From Patescibacteria group bacterium (lineage in GTDB: Bacteria; Patescibacteriota; Patescibacteriia; UBA9570): a stretch of 64,000 bases of DNA. The stretch is taken from positions 16,432 to 80,431 of the forward strand of contig JBAZWO010000006.1 of the NCBI GenBank assembly GCA_041660305.1. Reading direction: 5' to 3'. The translations under genes were made by a program, and so were the position numbers. The notes below the pieces were generated by a model. The model ran no database searches, was not told the origin of the DNA, and worked only from the letters and a program-made list of their open reading frames with translations. Of this stretch, positions 61,694 to 64,000 are shown piece after piece (positions within the stretch are counted from its first letter, which is position 1; each line of letters starts with the position of its first letter).

Positions 61694-63033
61694 TTTGTAT
61701 TGTCATCACCAATCCATCTCAAATTAAAACAGCCAACAAAACCGCCGCTAATTTATTAGAATTGCGCACAGATTTATATAAAATTTTTTCTTTAAGTAAA
61801 TTAGTGAAACAATGCCAGAAACCTGTTATTGTTACCATTAAAAATCAAGATAAACAGTTATTGCAAGAAGCTTTAAATTTAAACGTAGCTTATATTGATA
61901 TTGATTACAAAAATAAATTACTGTTAAACTATTTTGAAAAAAATAACAAAAATAATAAAACCAAATTAATTATTTCGTATCATAATTTTTCTCACACTCC
62001 TTCATTCAAACAGTTGGATCGGTTGGTTAAATCAGGCGTGAATAAAATAGCAACCATGATTAACGCGGTTGAGGATAACTGGGTAATCGCGCAGTTATTA
62101 AAAAAATATCCTAATAAAATTACCGCTATTGGCATGGGGGAATTAGGGATCATGACAAGACTGCATCCGTGGCAGAAGATTAGTTATTTTGCGATTGGCT
62201 TTGGTAGAGACGCCTTGCAAGGCGTCTCTACCAAAAAAATTGCTCCAGGGCAATTAACTATTCAAGAGCAAAAATTAAAATTATATGGCATTATTGGTAA
62301 TCCGGTGCAGCATAGCTTATCGCCAAAATTACATAATAGTTGGTTCAAGCAGCATAATATTTTAGCACTATATCAACGCTGGCAGGTAAAGACGTTGCAT
62401 GCAACGTCTCTACAGTTAATGATGAAAATATTCAGATTTTTTGATTTAGCCGGCGCGTCGGTAACCATGCCATATAAAAAAGATATTATTAAATATTTAG
62501 ATAGCATTAATATTCATGCCAAAAAGATTGGTGCAGTTAATACCATTGTGCGGAAAGGAAATAAATTAATTGGCTATAATACCGATTGGATCGGGGTAAA
62601 ATTAGTATTTAACCCCCTGCCTTGCAGGGAAGGGGGTAGGGGGAAGGGTCTACGCGTCTTAATCTTAGGCCGCGGTGGCGCAGCTCAGGCAGTGGCGTAT
62701 GCCATGAAAAAAATGGGTGCGAAATCAATTAACATGTTATCACGTCATGATAAACCAGATATAAATTTTGATATTCTAATTAACGCCACACCCGTGCGTG
62801 ATAAATTATTAATTCCGAAAGAATTATTACACGGTAAAATCGTGATGGATTGTAATTACCTGCCTTCGCTAAAGCTATGGCAGGCAGGTGGCGCTACTAA
62901 ATTATTACGTGTGGCAAAAAAAATGAACGCAATTACTATAGATGGATTACCAATGTTAATCAATCAAGCCAAAGAGCAATTTAGATTGTGGACTAGTAGA
63001 GACGTAGCGCGCTACGTCTCTACTATGTTATAA
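61690..63033 (+). CDS. aroD-aroE: bifunctional type I 3-dehydroquinate dehydratase / shikimate 5-dehydrogenase
   Basis: AroD motifs are ELRTDL, IISYHNF and KIATM. AroE motifs are YGIIGNPVQHSLSP, SVTMPYK, AVNTI, GYNTD and LGRGGAAQA. The ATG overlaps the upstream stop (ATGA). Confidence 0.88.
   Translation: MICIVITNPSQIKTANKTAANLLELRTDLYKIFSLSKLVKQCQKPVIVTIKNQDKQLLQEALNLNVAYIDIDYKNKLLLNYFEKNNKNNKTKLIISYHNFSHTPSFKQLDRLVKSGVNKIATMINAVEDNWVIAQLLKKYPNKITAIGMGELGIMTRLHPWQKISYFAIGFGRDALQGVSTKKIAPGQLTIQEQKLKLYGIIGNPVQHSLSPKLHNSWFKQHNILALYQRWQVKTLHATSLQLMMKIFRFFDLAGASVTMPYKKDIIKYLDSINIHAKKIGAVNTIVRKGNKLIGYNTDWIGVKLVFNPLPCREGGRGKGLRVLILGRGGAAQAVAYAMKKMGAKSINMLSRHDKPDINFDILINATPVRDKLLIPKELLHGKIVMDCNYLPSLKLWQAGGATKLLRVAKKMNAITIDGLPMLINQAKEQFRLWTSRDVARYVSTML
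62201..62234. repeat. perfect 34-bp palindrome, GTAGAGACG-N10-CGTCTCTAC family, copy 1
   Basis: TTGGTAGAGACGCCTTG|CAAGGCGTCTCTACCAA. It is in frame as GRDALQGVST in the AroD-AroE linker. Confidence 0.9.
62386..62413. repeat. 28-bp palindrome (1 mismatch), same family, copy 2
   Basis: GTAAAGACGTTGCA|TGCAACGTCTCTAC. It is in frame as VKTLHATSLQ, a different frame from copies 1 and 3. Confidence 0.85.
62612..62637. repeat. GC-rich hairpin inside aroE part
   Basis: ACCCCC (62612-62617) pairs with GGGGGT (62632-62637). The alternative is CCCTGC-CTT-GCAGGG (62615-62629). It is translated as NPLPCREGGRGKG just before the GRGGA nucleotide-binding loop. Confidence 0.6.
62858..62889. repeat. GC-rich inverted repeat inside aroE part
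   Basis: ACCTGCC (62858-62864) pairs with GGCAGGT (62883-62889). It is translated as YLPSLKLWQAGG. Confidence 0.45.
62994..63025. repeat. perfect 32-bp palindrome, GTAGAGACG-N10-CGTCTCTAC family, copy 3
   Basis: TAGTAGAGACGTAGCG|CGCTACGTCTCTACTA. It is in frame as SRDVARYVST at the extreme C-terminus of AroD-AroE. Confidence 0.9.
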
Positions 63034-63043
63034 TTTTAATATT

Positions 63044-64000
63044 ATGCCCGGCAATACTTTCGGTCAACAATTTCGTGTCACCACTTGGGGAGAATCCCAC
63101 GGTATTGCTATTGGCGGCGTGGTAGACGGCTGTCCGGCGGGAATTAAATTAAATGAACAAGATATTCAGCAGGATTTAGATAAACGTAAGCCAGGGCAGA
63201 GCAATATTGCCACTGCTCGTAAAGAAGATGATAAAGTGCAAATTTTATCGGGAGTATTTAAAGGTAAAACTACCGGCACGCCGATTAGTTTAATTATTTA
63301 TAATCAAGATCAAAAATCACAGGATTATGCCAAGTTAAAAAATATTTATCGGCCTGGACACGCAGATGAAGTGTACGATTTAAAATATGGTTTTAGAGAT
63401 TATCGTGGTGGTGGGCGAGCCAGTGCCCGTGAAACGGCAGTGCGAGTAGCGGCGGCGGCGATTGCTAAAAAAATATTACCTAAAAAAACAATGGTAGTGG
63501 CGTACACCAAGCAAATTAAAAATATTATTGTAGCCAAACCAAAATTAGCGCAGATTGAACAAAATAGTGTGCGCGCCGCGGATAACGTATTAGCCAAAAA
63601 AATGGAGCGCTTAATTTTACAAGCTAAACAGCAGCACGATTCTTTAGGCGGTATCATAGAAATCATAGTCAAAGGCTGTCCGTCTGGCTTAGGCGAACCG
63701 GTGTTCGATAAACTAAAAGCCGATTTAGCTAAAGCGTTATTAAGCATTAACGCGGTAGTAGGCTTTGAATACGGCGCCGGTTTTAGCGTGGCGCATTTAT
63801 CTGGTTTAACGCATAATAAGCTAGAAGCCGGCATGTACGGTGGTATTGCTAACGGTAAAAATATTATTATGCGTGTAGCCGTAAAGCCTACTTCCTCTAT
63901 TAATGTCGGCGGTCGGCATGATCCGTGTATTTTACCGCGGGCTGTGCCGGTGTGTGAAGCAATGGTTAATTTAGTATTAGCCGATCATTATCTAAGAAAT
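63044..64000 (+). CDS. aroC: chorismate synthase; C-terminal end lies outside the window
   Basis: Own translation from the ATG at 63044 gives MPGNTFGQQFRVTTWGESHG...RPGHAD...RGGGRASARETA...GRHDPC. The frame stays open to position 64000, which explains its absence from the ORF track. Confidence 0.93.
   Translation, partial: MPGNTFGQQFRVTTWGESHGIAIGGVVDGCPAGIKLNEQDIQQDLDKRKPGQSNIATARKEDDKVQILSGVFKGKTTGTPISLIIYNQDQKSQDYAKLKNIYRPGHADEVYDLKYGFRDYRGGGRASARETAVRVAAAAIAKKILPKKTMVVAYTKQIKNIIVAKPKLAQIEQNSVRAADNVLAKKMERLILQAKQQHDSLGGIIEIIVKGCPSGLGEPVFDKLKADLAKALLSINAVVGFEYGAGFSVAHLSGLTHNKLEAGMYGGIANGKNIIMRVAVKPTSSINVGGRHDPCILPRAVPVCEAMVNLVLADHYLRN

Noticed and set aside
62201-62234. The inverted GAGACG/CGTCTC (BsmBI/Esp3I) site pairs as a Golden-Gate-type cloning artefact or synthetic insertion.
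   Set aside because: There are three copies with different self-complementary centres, one of them with a mismatch. All are in frame within a native gene and embedded among other unrelated GC hairpins, which fits natural repeats better. It cannot be fully excluded without reads.
62201-63025. The three similar palindromes as a small CRISPR array.
   Set aside because: Spacing is irregular (about 150 and 580 nt between copies). The intervening sequence is conserved AroD/AroE coding sequence in one continuous ORF, the repeat centres differ, and no cas genes are present.
63400-63834. The minus-strand 144-aa track ORF.
   Set aside because: It is antisense to chorismate synthase, whose plus-strand translation shows all the canonical motifs. 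The ORF is an artefact of locally higher GC content.

Overview
This is a 64-kb window from a visibly AT-rich bacterial chromosome. Genes are tightly packed, with several ATGA start/stop overlaps, and I see essentially no Shine-Dalgarno motifs upstream of start codons. The lineage cannot be fixed from sequence alone; an uncultivated small-genome lineage is only a guess.

(i) 1-8.1 kb holds a partial manB, a head-to-head Trm9-like methyltransferase/Elp3 pair, and a KilA-N gene. It also holds two type II toxin-antitoxin modules (Phd-VapC with the toxin broken by a single TGA, and RelB/DinJ-RelE), then glyA and ychF.

(ii) 8.1-57.8 kb is a roughly 50-kb cell-envelope glycan super-locus. It contains two Wzm/Wzt ABC exporters in mirror orientation, gmd-fcl, and a GT11 alpha-1,2-fucosyltransferase. 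It also has at least 6 GT2 and 6 GT4 domains (including a 1012-aa GT4-FkbM-GT4 protein and a GT2-GT4 protein), three FkbM methyltransferase domains, and two SDR epimerases. Further members are an AsnB-like amidotransferase, an acyltransferase-3, GtrA, two nucleotidyltransferases, an IMPase-family protein, a 2H phosphoesterase, a class II aldolase and about nine large polytopic GT-C-like membrane proteins. One of those membrane proteins is fused to a PRK/uridine-kinase domain and one is interrupted by a TAA.

(iii) 57.8-64 kb encodes the complete shikimate pathway in five genes: aroF, aroB, an aroA-aroK fusion, an aroD-aroE fusion and a partial aroC. It is preceded by a 21-codon Tyr/Phe-rich leader ORF with mutually exclusive terminator and anti-terminator hairpins.

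At least eleven GC-rich palindromic or nested-hairpin elements are superimposed on all of this. Most lie inside coding sequence and in frame, four genes end inside such an element, and five sit in aroD-aroE alone. I saw no rRNA, tRNA, CRISPR array, transposase or integrase.
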